Shown: positions 39,359 through 49,020 of the stretch, in pieces
Layout of the letters: each line of letters begins with the position of its first letter
Numbering within the stretch: position 1 is the stretch's first letter
NCBI GenBank assembly: GCA_963666315.2
Contig: CAXXHG010000008.1
Coordinates: 96,001 to 160,000 of the forward strand
Length of the DNA stretch: 64,000 bases
Origin: Candidatus Binatia bacterium
GTDB lineage: Bacteria; Desulfobacterota; Binatia; Bin18
Reading direction: 5' to 3'
Notes under the pieces: generated by a model
What the model was told of the DNA's origin: nothing
Databases searched by the model: none
Seen by the model: only the letters and a program-made list of their open reading frames with translations
Position numbers and translations under genes: made by a program

Positions 39359-40582
39359 CTATCTGAATCTTTCAAGTCTATGGCTGTCCAACAGTGCAAC
39401 TTGTATCCCCTCAACTATCTCAATCATACTCAGCTCGCCGACGAGTGGGGCTAAGGTCACACCACTATGCATCAGAGCGATATAGAGATTCGGTACGGCT
39501 TGCGTAAAGCCAAGAATGGGCAGCTCATCTGCGGGCATAGGCCGATGGCCGACGGGAACTGGAATTGCCCGCGCACCTGCAAGAGCAGGCAGATAAGATG
39601 TAGCCCGCTTTAATAATGCGTCCGCGTGCGCTTGGGAGTCATCGCGCGCCAGACTTTCCTGACTGCCTTCGCCGATCATGACCGTGCCATCTGTCCATTG
39701 GCGCACGTGTATACCCGGCCGGTTTGCATCCATACCCGGCCGGTTTGCATCCATACCCGGCCGGTTTGCGTCGCCCGCAGGCGTATTGAGAACGGCAATT
39801 TTTTTGAACAGGGGAGGGCGGGGGTCGGTCCGTACAACCACACCTGGGCTATCCTGTTGCGGAATGTTGAGCCCGATCATCGCCGCCAATTGGGTGCTGC
39901 CTACGCCGGCTGCAAGCACCACCACGTCGCACGGCATCTCACCGCTCGTGATACGACCACTCGTGGTGCGATCACTCGTGATGCGGATCGCCTTGATCCG
40001 TCTACCACCGCGGCCTGTGCCGTTCATGACGAAGTCTGTAACCTCTGTGTTGCTCGACACCGTGCCGCCGTTTGCTTGAACGTACCTTAGGCAAGCTTGA
40101 ATGACTTGAGATGGTTCTACGATACCATCCTTGACACTCAAGGCCCCAATCGTGAATGACTCTGGCTTAATGCTGGGCTCAAGTGCACGAAAAGTCGCCT
40201 CGTTCAGGAGTCGACATTCGGATCCGCGCCGCTGCTGCAGCTCGACCCCTCGGCGCAGCTCGTCCGCCTCTTCTTCGGTATTCGCCCAACGCAGTTCGCC
40301 GCCCCAGCGTAAACCGACGTCTGATTGCAGGAGCGATGCAAAACGAGACCACATATCCACCGAACGTCGATTCAAGTCGTGATACGAAGCCGGCTCTTTC
40401 CCGCTGGTGGCATTAATCCAGGCAAAGGAATGACTCGACGCTCCAGTCCCAGGCTCAGCCTGATCAATGATAGTGAGATTGACGTGACGACGTGAGAGAT
40501 AAAACGCAATCGATGCGCCGACTATGCCTGCGCCAATAATGACGATGCGGGGCTTCTTAACGGAGGGATGGGAAAGCTCCAA
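39359..40582 (-). CDS. FAD-dependent oxidoreductase (DAO/glycine oxidase family)
   Basis: IVIIGAGIVGASIA, GASSHSFAWIN, VVLAAG, RPMPAD.LPILG, HSGVTLAP. Confidence 0.9.
   Translation of the reverse strand: MELSHPSVKKPRIVIIGAGIVGASIAFYLSRRHVNLTIIDQAEPGTGASSHSFAWINATSGKEPASYHDLNRRSVDMWSRFASLLQSDVGLRWGGELRWANTEEEADELRRGVELQQRRGSECRLLNEATFRALEPSIKPESFTIGALSVKDGIVEPSQVIQACLRYVQANGGTVSSNTEVTDFVMNGTGRGGRRIKAIRITSDRTTSGRITSGEMPCDVVVLAAGVGSTQLAAMIGLNIPQQDSPGVVVRTDPRPPLFKKIAVLNTPAGDANRPGMDANRPGMDANRPGIHVRQWTDGTVMIGEGSQESLARDDSQAHADALLKRATSYLPALAGARAIPVPVGHRPMPADELPILGFTQAVPNLYIALMHSGVTLAPLVGELSMIEIVEGIQVALLDSHRLERFR
39711..39772. repeat. In-frame 21-bp tandem repeat x3 encoding DANRPG(M/I)
   Basis: ATACCCGGCCGGTTTGCATCC repeated nearly perfectly. 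Confidence 0.95.
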
Positions 40583-40600
40583 TGCTCTTCTTCCTGGACT

Positions 40601-41662
40601 CTACCGAAAATGTGGCATGACCTTCTCGGCAAACAGACGCATGGACCGCTCGACCCGGTCTTGGGGCAGGCCGCCGAAATTCATCCAGCACAATAATTCC
40701 CCCACATGCGCCTCTTCCATTTCACGCACCTGGTCTATGATTCGCTCTGGTGAGCCAAACAGAACGGTTTCTGCTACGAGCTGCTCCCAGGTGATGCTGG
40801 CTAGCCGGTCTGCCAATGCGCGGAATTGGGGCTGCAGGCTGGGTGGGACGGCCTCAATGTTCTCCGGCACCAGAAATCGAGCCAGGGATTGTTGATACCA
40901 CACTTCCGCCTCTTGGGCTTCGCGCCGGGCTTGGGCGTCCGTCGGCGCCACATAGATATGGCGCGACACGCCCCAGGAGTGCAGCGCGGTGTGTATGGCG
41001 GCCTCGGTCTGACCTGCTTCGCGCATCGCGGCAACGTATACGTCCCGATTATGCTCTATCTGACTAAACGGGCCGAACAGAATAGAGTTCAGCATAAACC
41101 AGCCGCGCTGAGCAGCAAGTCTGATCGTGTCCGGACTGACACACACCAGCGACAGCGGGGGATGCGGCTTCTGGTGGGGCTTGGGAATGACGGGAATGTT
41201 GTCAATCTTAAAGAATTTTCCCTGATAGGAAACACGTTCCTGCGTCCAGGCCTGAATCATAACCTCTAAGGTCTCGCCAAACCGCTCTCGGTTTTCCTGC
41301 TGCGAAACACGATAGCCTGCGAACTCAACCGGACGATTGCCCCGTCCAAGACCGACGCGCAGCCGCCCGCGACTGAGGATATCGACAAAGGCGATTTCTT
41401 CCGCCAAGCGAATGGGATCATGAAAGGGCAGAATGACGGCGGCAAGTCCTATCTGTATGCGTTCAGTCCGAGCGGCAATCGCAGCAGCCAGGGCCATCGG
41501 GCTGGTTGAAATGCCATACTCGATAAAGTGATGCTCGGTCAGCCAGACGCTATCGTAGCCGAGTTCTTCACTCAAAAGGATCTGAGCAAACTCGCGGTGT
41601 ATCACTTCTGCATGTGAGGAGCCCGGCGGGGCCTGTAAAAAATAATAGGTACCAAAGCGCAC
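40601..41662 (-). CDS. LLM-class flavin-dependent oxidoreductase
   Basis: WLTEHHF, AIAARTERIQIG, PIRLAEE, GLGRG, PKPHQKPHPP, RSMRLFAEKVMP. Confidence 0.92.
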   Translation of the reverse strand: MRFGTYYFLQAPPGSSHAEVIHREFAQILLSEELGYDSVWLTEHHFIEYGISTSPMALAAAIAARTERIQIGLAAVILPFHDPIRLAEEIAFVDILSRGRLRVGLGRGNRPVEFAGYRVSQQENRERFGETLEVMIQAWTQERVSYQGKFFKIDNIPVIPKPHQKPHPPLSLVCVSPDTIRLAAQRGWFMLNSILFGPFSQIEHNRDVYVAAMREAGQTEAAIHTALHSWGVSRHIYVAPTDAQARREAQEAEVWYQQSLARFLVPENIEAVPPSLQPQFRALADRLASITWEQLVAETVLFGSPERIIDQVREMEEAHVGELLCWMNFGGLPQDRVERSMRLFAEKVMPHFR

Positions 41663-41768
41663 TATGTGTTCCTTTTACCAGAGACAGCAGGGTTTGGGCA
41701 GAGCGGAGAGCGCGACGGCTTAAGAAACTGTTAAGCGCCTATCCGAATAACCCTAAGCACCCGGTTCT

Positions 41769-41836
41769 GTCATTCAGAGCGTAGCGAAGAATCTCTCCTC
41801 TAGGCGTGAAATTGAGATCTTTCGCTGGGCTCTCAG
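41769..41836. repeat. GTCATTC.GAGC-type palindromic element (degenerate)
   Basis: GTCATTCAGAGCGTAGCGAAGAATCT...GAGATCTTTCGCTGGGCTCTCAG. Confidence 0.65.
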
Positions 41837-41864
41837 TCGGTAACGAGTAGCACGGGAGAGCTGC

Positions 41865-42424
41865 GTGGAACGCAAACGTATGCTCCAGCTCTTTAAGGAG
41901 CTACAGACGGCCTGAGGCTCTTTTGACGACTTTCCGGCCCTGCCACCTGGCATCGATCCTATGCCGCATATCAGCTGCAACACCATCTCTCAGCCTTTCT
42001 TTCTGCTCAGCGATCAAGATCACACCGTGATCAATCTGACCGGAGAGAGGGGAATCTGGTTTGCCGGTGAGCATGCTGAGCGTTTGCAGCTCGTCGCTGG
42101 GGATAGCGTCTATCTTCCCGCCGGTATACCGAGCCAGGTGATAAAGCATACACCGAGTTTTCAAGTCCGCTTCAAAGCCGAGACACCGGGCCGTGAAGCC
42201 GCCGTATGGTATTTGCCGACTGTCACACGATTGTGCACTGGCAGTCCATTGATACCGGTACGGAAATCCCCCAGCAGGCATGCTGGCAAGCCGTACATAC
42301 CTTTAATGCTGACACGGCGGAGCGAACGTGTCCGGCGTGCGGGACTGAGCATCCTCGTGTAGAACTCGGCGATATTGCCTGGCCGACTGTAGCCGATGCG
42401 ATTCGGAGTGCGGGAGCGGGATAG
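41865..42424 (+). pseudogene. 3-hydroxyanthranilate 3,4-dioxygenase-like cupin with rubredoxin tail; TGA at 41913 and frameshift near 42212
   Basis: GDSVYLPAGIP cupin motif; WY(C)ADC...FNAD...RTCPACGTEHP C-terminal pattern; GGGAG RBS. Confidence 0.65.
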
Positions 42425-42515
42425 AGGCGCCGCGGGTCACTATTGACCTCATTCTTCTGGGACGTACTCTTCAGGTGGAGACTGATTCCTCGTCCACGTA
42501 GCGTGGCTTGCGTTT

Positions 42516-43223
42516 CTACGGATTAATAGCCGTATTATTCTGCTCGACAATGAAGGCGTCACGGCGCTCTACAAAGTCACCCACCGCCGTACACAGCGCA
42601 TCTGGCCGGTCTGTCTCAATGGCATGCCCGGCGTCATACACGAGGACGTAATAACAGTTCGGAATATGCTCGACATAGCGCTGTCCTGTCTCTGGTGGAA
42701 GGATCTCATCATTCGTTCCAACCAGGACGAGGGTCGCCACCTGGAGGTCTCCCAACCTGCGCTCTAATTCCGGATCCCGAGCGTATCCGCTCGGCCCGCT
42801 GCGGCCTTCAGGCAGCAGGACCGTGGGAGAGATTAAGACGAGCCCGACGAGCCCATCGCCTTGCTGTGGGGTATCGATAGCCTGCCACAGCGCGATAGAC
42901 GTACCGGCCGCGCTGCTCACCAACACGTACTGCTGCAGACCAACAGCGAGACTCACCTGCGTCAACGTGCGCGCTACGTCGTGCGGCGGGTGGCCACCGC
43001 CTGGAACCTCAAAGGCGATTACCCGGAATTGCCGGGCCAGTAGAGTGTGTAACGGCGACTGGTGTAATCCCTCAGCATCCAGCACCTCCAGCGTATCTTG
43101 GAGCACGACTACGGAACTGCCGTGGCCGGCTTCCAGGTAGCGTATCCGGAGTCCATCCGCTTGTATAACATGCTCCGTGAAGGCCACGCTGGAGCCGCCT
43201 GGTGGCTGTGTCGTGTTGCTCAT
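42516..43223 (-). CDS. Compact alpha/beta hydrolase-fold protein with an atypical nucleophile elbow
   Basis: RIRYLEAGHG, FRVIAFEVPG, LVSSAAG in place of GxSxG, LVLVGTND, DAGHAIETDRP. Confidence 0.8.
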   Translation of the reverse strand: MSNTTQPPGGSSVAFTEHVIQADGLRIRYLEAGHGSSVVVLQDTLEVLDAEGLHQSPLHTLLARQFRVIAFEVPGGGHPPHDVARTLTQVSLAVGLQQYVLVSSAAGTSIALWQAIDTPQQGDGLVGLVLISPTVLLPEGRSGPSGYARDPELERRLGDLQVATLVLVGTNDEILPPETGQRYVEHIPNCYYVLVYDAGHAIETDRPDALCTAVGDFVERRDAFIVEQNNTAINP

Positions 43224-43260
43224 TTATTCCCTCAGATTGTCGAGCTAATTACTCCTCTGA

Positions 43261-44367
43261 CTAGGCGCTGGTGGCGGCATACGTGTCCGGCTGCTCACTT
43301 GCAGCACTGACGCCGATGTGACGAATCCGGGGCAGCACCTCGGTCGCAAACAGCCGCATGGACTTCATGGCCTCCTCCGGGCTGAGGCCGGCGCCCCCAA
43401 AGGCGACGTCGATCACGCCTACTCCCGTGGTCTCATGGAAGTCGGTAATCTGCTGTACGACCGCATCAGGGCTGCCACAGAACCGCGGCTCGCCCAAACC
43501 AAAACCCGCCTGCGTTTGCGTCGGCGGCGGCACTGCCGCCCCGCGACCACGGAATAAATCACCGGTTGGATCCCCGACGAAATACTTGGCCTGGAGCGCC
43601 GCCGCCTCCTGGTCGTCTTCACCGACTGCGACAAAGCAACGATACAGGAGCTGATCCGGAGAGGGCTGCCAGCCGTGCTTGGCGCACTCCTGCTTATAGT
43701 GGCCCGTCATCTGCGCGACCAGGGGCGGCCGATAGAATGACACCCCGAGTCCCATATGCTGGGCTGCGGCAAAGGTAGCTGACTCCAGGCTGTTGCCCGA
43801 ATAGTACAGTGGTGGGTGCGGCTGCTGAATCGACCCCGGCCATACCGCCACCGTACGAAATCGATAGAAACGGCCCTCCCAGCCGAACGGCTGTGGCTCG
43901 GTGAGCGCTCGGCTGATCAACACGCTGGCTTCCTGGGTACGCGCGCGCGTTTCGTCCGGGTTGGTGCCGTAAGCCAAAAACTCATTCGGCGTCCCGCGTA
44001 AGAACAACACGATCAGTCGCCCATGGGTCAACTGATCCAGCATGGCCATTTCCTCGGCAATCCGGACCGGGTTGTTCATCGACACCAGCGGCCCGAGCAC
44101 CGCGATCTTGGCCCGGCGGACGACCTGGCTGAGCGCCGCGGCGAAGACATTCGCATTCGGCGTTTGCAGCAAGGGCGTATAGTGGTGCTCCGAGCAGCTC
44201 ACCCAGTCGAAGCCCAATTCGTCGGCTAGCGTAGCTTGCTCCAGCGCAAAGTCCACCGAGCGCAGACCGACCTCGGACCGATACAAGGCCGGCGGTGTCG
44301 GCCAGACGTGCTGGCGGTAGGCCTCTCCAGACAGATAGCTGTTGGTGCAAAAGAATGATACCTGCAT
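43261..44367 (-). CDS. LLM-class flavin-dependent oxidoreductase
   Basis: GFDWVSCSEHHY, NPVRIAEEMAMLD, QQPHPP, SMRLFATEVLP. Confidence 0.92.
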   Translation of the reverse strand: MQVSFFCTNSYLSGEAYRQHVWPTPPALYRSEVGLRSVDFALEQATLADELGFDWVSCSEHHYTPLLQTPNANVFAAALSQVVRRAKIAVLGPLVSMNNPVRIAEEMAMLDQLTHGRLIVLFLRGTPNEFLAYGTNPDETRARTQEASVLISRALTEPQPFGWEGRFYRFRTVAVWPGSIQQPHPPLYYSGNSLESATFAAAQHMGLGVSFYRPPLVAQMTGHYKQECAKHGWQPSPDQLLYRCFVAVGEDDQEAAALQAKYFVGDPTGDLFRGRGAAVPPPTQTQAGFGLGEPRFCGSPDAVVQQITDFHETTGVGVIDVAFGGAGLSPEEAMKSMRLFATEVLPRIRHIGVSAASEQPDTYAATSA

Positions 44368-44391
44368 AGGACTTCCCTGCTTAGGCTACCG

Positions 44392-45291
44392 TCACCCTGC
44401 CGCTCCTTCGGTATTTTGTTTATGGCCCCAGATACTGCCCGACGTGTGCATTTGTACCTGCCAGGTGGCATCATCTACCTCACGCGCCCCCCAGCCGTAT
44501 TCAACCCCAAAGCCGGACGGCGTTTTCATATAGAACGACAGCATATGATCATTGGTATGGCGACCTAAATTCATGACGATCGGGATCTCCTGGTCCTGAC
44601 ACAGATCATAGGTTGCGCCCACATCATCCAGTGCTTGCGTCTGTAACATAAAGTGATGCAGACGCTTAGGCGCGTTGGGTGCCGCAACGAACGCCAGAGA
44701 ATGATGGCGTGGATTACAGTGGAAAAAGGTGGCCTGGAAGGTCACGCCTGGAGCCGGAGTGATCTGGACATGGTCGCTGATGCGCATCCCCAGAACGTCA
44801 CGATAAAAATGGATACTCCGCTCCGCATCATCCACAAAGATGACACAATGTCCAAGACCTTGCTCGCCCGTTTTAAAGCCCGAGATGGGTCGAGGTGACT
44901 GAAACGGTTTGTCAAATGTGACCAGTGGGCCGTAGAAAATTTCGGACGGAACACCGCTCGGGTCGCGAAAGTGGATCAAGCCTGACACCCGGCGTGCTGT
45001 TGCTTCGGCTGGGGTTCCCAACTTCACTTCTACCTCAGCGGCGTTGAGCTGTTCAGCCGTCGTGTGCAAGTCTTGCTCATCCGCTACCTCCCAGCCGATA
45101 TAGGCCAAATCGTCGTTCCCATCGGGATGCAGGTTGAAGCGATGGTGGTATTCGTCCATGCGTAGGAATAGCGTTCCGTCGTTATCGCGCCCATTGGCCT
45201 GCAAGCCCAAGACCTGCGTTGCAAAATGTTCCCACTTGTCGACGTTACTGACTCCGAGTCCGAGATAGCCTAATTGGGTCACACTCGCCAT
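44392..45291 (-). CDS. Type I extradiol dioxygenase (BphC/HsaC-like)
   Basis: QLGYLG, LRMDEYHHR, GLGH, FFHCNPRHHSLA, LHHFML, LGRHTNDHMLSFYMKTPSGF.VEYGW. Confidence 0.93.
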   Translation of the reverse strand: MASVTQLGYLGLGVSNVDKWEHFATQVLGLQANGRDNDGTLFLRMDEYHHRFNLHPDGNDDLAYIGWEVADEQDLHTTAEQLNAAEVEVKLGTPAEATARRVSGLIHFRDPSGVPSEIFYGPLVTFDKPFQSPRPISGFKTGEQGLGHCVIFVDDAERSIHFYRDVLGMRISDHVQITPAPGVTFQATFFHCNPRHHSLAFVAAPNAPKRLHHFMLQTQALDDVGATYDLCQDQEIPIVMNLGRHTNDHMLSFYMKTPSGFGVEYGWGAREVDDATWQVQMHTSGSIWGHKQNTEGAAG

Positions 45292-45304
45292 AATTCCCTC
45301 CTTT

Positions 45305-46297
45305 TCAAAAAGTCTTCAGATCTAGGAATTCTCCAATGTCCTGGCCACGTCCTTGCTCGAGCGCCTCCTCGTATACAGCAAAGCCGGCCATGACGTCCTG
45401 GACTGCCGTGCCAACCGACTTGAAAAGCACGATCTGTTTGGGACCGGTCCGGCCCTCTGCCCTCCCCACGAGCACCTCTTTGAGCTCCACTACCTTCTCA
45501 CGGTCATATTTGTCTTCCGCCAGAGCTGCGATGATATCGCCTGACTCTCCTTCTACCTGGATCTTTGAATCGACGATGATCCGATCTGCCCGCGCCAGCG
45601 TCTCAGGGTCGATCTCGCGCAAAAAGGTGGAGGTCGAACCAATTGCGTTGACCAACACGCCAGCCTGCATCCAATCTCCACAGTAGGCGATAGGATCAGG
45701 CTGACTGGAGGTATTGGTGGCGACAATGACTATCTCTGCACCCTGAACGCATCGCTCCGGACTGTCCACCGCAACCGCCTCGACACCCAGCTCAGTGCCC
45801 ATGCGCTGCACAAAGCGTTCACGTCGTTCGCGGTTCGGGCTAAAGACGGCTACCTGTTCAACCGGGCAGACGGCACAGATCGCCTGGAGATTCGTTCGAG
45901 CCTCCAGCCCCGAACCGATCACTGCAACAGTCTGGGAGCCTTGGTTCACTAGCAGTTTTGTTGCGATGCCTGTTGTTGCACCCGTCCGTGCCGCCGTCAA
46001 ATAATGTGCGTCCATTAACGCCAGCAATCGTCCGCCTTCTTTTTGATCATAAATGGCAATCAGATAGCGTACTCCTGCCTTGAGCGAGCCGTGGAATACT
46101 TTGTAGCCCATGAGGCCGCTTTCGTTCATGACAGCCGGCATGACCCGAAAAAATCCATCCTGGGTTGGCAGGTTGAGCCGAGGCGGCACAACGGCTCGGT
46201 CGAGCGCTTCCTCGCGCAGCCCTTGTTCGATGACCTCAATGAGCCGGTGCATATCGGTTGATTGCTCAACGTCCCTGGCGTTTAACACCAGCGTCAT
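45305..46297 (-). CDS. Ornithine cyclodeaminase/mu-crystallin family protein
   Basis: FFRVMPA, GYK, LTAARTGA, GSGLEA, AIGS, FKSVGTAVQD. Confidence 0.9.
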   Translation of the reverse strand: MTLVLNARDVEQSTDMHRLIEVIEQGLREEALDRAVVPPRLNLPTQDGFFRVMPAVMNESGLMGYKVFHGSLKAGVRYLIAIYDQKEGGRLLALMDAHYLTAARTGATTGIATKLLVNQGSQTVAVIGSGLEARTNLQAICAVCPVEQVAVFSPNRERRERFVQRMGTELGVEAVAVDSPERCVQGAEIVIVATNTSSQPDPIAYCGDWMQAGVLVNAIGSTSTFLREIDPETLARADRIIVDSKIQVEGESGDIIAALAEDKYDREKVVELKEVLVGRAEGRTGPKQIVLFKSVGTAVQDVMAGFAVYEEALEQGRGQDIGEFLDLKTF

Positions 46298-46396
46298 GGC
46301 TGCCTCCCCTTAGGAATAGTATTTACCACTCTCCGCATTTTCTCTTTGGCCCACCCACGCACTTTGTGTTTTCGGTATTCTGCTACGAAGTCCGCC

Positions 46397-46635
46397 TTAC
46401 ATGACACACGTCAATCCGCCATCCACGTGGAGGACCCGGCCAGTGATATAGTCGGCTGCTCGACTGACCAGCAACAAAACCGCTCGGCCAATATCTATTG
46501 GCCAAGCCACCCGCCCCAGAGGAATCCGTTCCGAGAAGGCCGCATCTGCCGCCTCCACTGACCCCTGACCAAACGCTTCGCGTACGACGAGCGATCCCGG
46601 CGTCTTCACCCCGCCTGGAGCGAGAGCATTCACGG
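46397..46635 (-). pseudogene. C-terminal fragment of an SDR oxidoreductase
   Basis: TVNALAPGGVKTPG...RIPLGRVA.P.DIGRAVLLL.S.AADYITG.VLHVDGG without the N-terminal Rossmann half. Confidence 0.85.
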
Positions 46636-47063
46636 TATAGGTCCACACGCGGAACTTCCAGCAGCCCCCATTCGTCCCGTTTCAACTCGCCATAGTAGGC
46701 CTCTTGAAACTGAGGAACGCCGACTAGTCGGCCCTGCATATCGTAGGTCCAGCCGTGGTAGGGGCATGTAAACGTTCGGGTGTTCCCGGCATCCAGCCGG
46801 CACACCCGCGACCCCCGATGCTGGCACGAATTGACAAAAACATGGACCCGGCCCTCTCCATGACGACACACGATTACGGGCTCCTCGCCCATATAGCTGG
46901 TAACAAAATCGCCCGGATGATAAATTTGCGTTGCGTACGTCACATAGAGCCAGCATCGCCCGAACACCCGCTCCTGCTCCGCCTGGTAGACCTCCGGGTC
47001 AGTAAATACGCGAGGGCTGACTGTTCGTTGCTCAAGATCAACGAGATTGCTCCAATCCGTCAT
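46630..47063 (-). pseudogene. N-terminal (Rieske-domain) fragment of a ring-hydroxylating dioxygenase alpha subunit
   Basis: VFTDPEVY..E.ERVFG, NSCQHRG...CPYHGWTY; similarity ends at VPRVDLYR; AGGAGG RBS. Confidence 0.88.
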
Positions 47064-47142
47064 AGCCCCCTCCTTACATATTTCGTGTTCCTAAAACAGT
47101 TTCCGCCACTTACACTGAGGGTTAGGCAATACGCATTAGATA

Positions 47143-47171
47143 TTGATTGAGCGCTTGCTCAATGCTATATA
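47143..47171 (+). promoter_or_regulatory. Sigma70-like promoter with a palindromic (TetR-type) operator
   Basis: TTGATT-N17-TATATA; dyad ATTGAGC-gctt-GCTCAAT at 47146-47163 between divergent genes. Confidence 0.65.
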
Positions 47172-47320
47172 CGGGCACCGATAAGCTTGTCAAGACGAAG
47201 TGCCTCTGCCGTGCCTATGTTGACAACACCTAAGCCGACGATCCGCTGCCGGGTTCTCTTACACCTACGATCCTCAGACAGGTTGTTGTGTCGTTGTGAA
47301 ATTGAAAGGAGGATGAGCAA

Positions 47321-47848
47321 ATGCCAAGAAAACCACGCCGGGTCATCACCGGTCATAATGCTCAGGGTAAATCGGTCGTGCTGTTCCACGATGAGCCGCC
47401 GCACGGTGGCGGTCCGGCGACCGAAATTTGGGCCACCGAAGAGACACCTGCTCGCAATACGGACAGCCGCGATGCGTCGGACCGGCCCGTTCGGCTGGAG
47501 CCGCCCATTGGCGGGTCACTGTTTCGCTACTTCCAGGTTGCGCCGGAGTCGGCCACTGCTCACCTGGACAAGGAGGCGCACGCCAAGCTCGTGCGCGATA
47601 TGTTTACCAGCATTGGGGCTGAGGGCGTGCTGGTTGATACCAGCCGGCACCCGGCAATGCACACGACTCGGACCATGGACTACATCATCCTGCTGTCCGG
47701 TCAGGTGACGCTGCTGCTGGACGAAGGCGAGGTCGAGCTTGAACCCTTTGACGTGGTGGTTCAGCGCGGCACCAATCACGCCTGGGTCAACCACGGCAGC
47801 GAACCCGCCCTATTAGCTGGAATCTTGATCGACGCCGAGCCCATCTAA
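47321..47848 (+). CDS. Cupin domain protein
   Basis: RRVITGHN..GKS, MHTTRTMDY, DVVVQRGTNHAW.N. Confidence 0.9.
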   Translation: MPRKPRRVITGHNAQGKSVVLFHDEPPHGGGPATEIWATEETPARNTDSRDASDRPVRLEPPIGGSLFRYFQVAPESATAHLDKEAHAKLVRDMFTSIGAEGVLVDTSRHPAMHTTRTMDYIILLSGQVTLLLDEGEVELEPFDVVVQRGTNHAWVNHGSEPALLAGILIDAEPI

Positions 47849-47947
47849 GGCGAAGCACCTACGGACACAGATGTGACTGGTGGGGGATACTCAGCATTCT
47901 GTCTCAGTCAGCCGAGCCCCGCCGGCACACCCAGAGAGGGGGACTGT

Positions 47948-48400
47948 ATGGACGAACAGCTGCACATCAAGGTCGAAGCTCTGTGGGCCCGAGAGATGAT
48001 TAAGGAACTTACCTACGCGTATGGGCGATGTATTGAGCGGCAGGATGCCGAAGGGATGGCTCAGCTCTTTACCCAGAATGGAGAGGTAGACTTTAGCGAT
48101 CTGGACAGAGGGGTGCATGCTGGCCATGCGGCCATTAGCGCGTTTTATATCACTACTTGGCCGCTTCGGGTTCGTCCGTTCTTTAGCAATCATGTCATTG
48201 AACTGCCAGGCGAGGGAAAAGCGCGCGGGACATGTTGTTTTGAGAACCGAGGGGTGCAAGGTGAAGAGAGTATGATAGGCGCGGGGCGGCTGCACGATGA
48301 GTATGAGAGGGTAGGGGAGGACTGGAAGTTTCGCTCGCGGCGAGTCGAGATCTTCTATTTTGTCCCTTTGAAAGAGGGCTGGGCCAAGGTGCTGAAATAA
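47948..48400 (+). CDS. SnoaL/NTF2-like protein
   Basis: RE.IKEL...Y...I, LFT..G, GHAAI, NHVI, HDEY.R...WKF.SR. Confidence 0.85.
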   Translation: MDEQLHIKVEALWAREMIKELTYAYGRCIERQDAEGMAQLFTQNGEVDFSDLDRGVHAGHAAISAFYITTWPLRVRPFFSNHVIELPGEGKARGTCCFENRGVQGEESMIGAGRLHDEYERVGEDWKFRSRRVEIFYFVPLKEGWAKVLK

Positions 48401-48504
48401 GACGACGGTGCGATCCTCCCGGCCGTGGACGCACAGCGCCGTATAGCGTCGTATCGTCCACCAGTCGAGTTGCGCTACCGCTCATCTCTGTCTATTTGCT
48501 ACCG

Positions 48505-48558
48505 GAGGACCATAATGACCGTTATCAGCCGCACTTTCAGTCCCGCAACATTGGCTGA
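48505..48558. repeat. dif/Xer-like recombination-site repeat, copy A
   Basis: CATAA-TGACCG-TTATCAGCCGC core; 48511-48558 matches 60338-60385 at 41 of 48 positions (manual alignment). Confidence 0.65.
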
Positions 48559-48640
48559 TGAGAGGGATTCTCAGTGAGCAAGCTCCGTTTGTAGGCGGCA
48601 GCTAGTGCAGCTCCAGAGCACCTCTTTGGGAATAGCAATT

Positions 48641-48751
48641 CCCTCGTCCCTGTGGGGAGAGGGCGTCGTCCACGGAGTGGACGCGGGTGAGGGGCATGGA
48701 ATGAGATTTCACCCACCCTCACCTCATTCCTCTCCCGCCAGTGGGCGAGGA
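48641..48751. repeat. CCCTCTCCC-type composite palindromic element
   Basis: CCCTCGTCCC...GGGGAGAGGG...GGGTGAGGGG and inverted CCCTCACC...CCTCTCCC...GGGCGAGG. Confidence 0.65.
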
Positions 48752-48789
48752 GGCAAAGCGGATTCCCAAAGAGGTTGGCTGTTTTTGCA

Positions 48790-49020
48790 CTAGGTCAGTT
48801 CAGTGAGGAGCGCCTTAGCATCTTTGAGGTCTTGGGTGTCAAAGCCTTCGGTGAACCAGTTGTGGACTGGGGCAAGCAGCTCCAGCGCTTCTGCTCGTTT
48901 CCCTTGCTGCTGCCACAGCCGAGCGAGGCTGGTGGCGGCCCGGAGTTCCCAGGATTTGGCTTCCTGTTTTTGAGCAATCGCAATGGCCTTCCGAAAACAC
49001 GCCTCCGCTTCTCCAGCGTT
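48790..49020 (-). pseudogene. C-terminal TPR fragment of an adenylate/guanylate cyclase-AAA-TPR protein
   Basis: EAEACFRKAIAIAQKQEAKSWELRAATSLARLWQQQGK...WFTEGFDTQDLKDAKALL. Confidence 0.85.

Noticed and set aside
8621-39772. Short repeat series (8621, 20273, 39711) as possible CRISPR arrays
   Set aside because: The units are contiguous without unique spacers, too short or coding, and no cas genes are present.
21956-41915. Three in-frame TGA codons (21956, 37595, 41913) with coding-like sequence beyond, suggesting TGA recoding to Trp or Sec
   Set aside because: Many intact genes here terminate at TGA and use TGG for Trp, no SECIS-like hairpin was evident, and the affected genes show other damage or sit among remnants; nonsense mutation or error is simpler.
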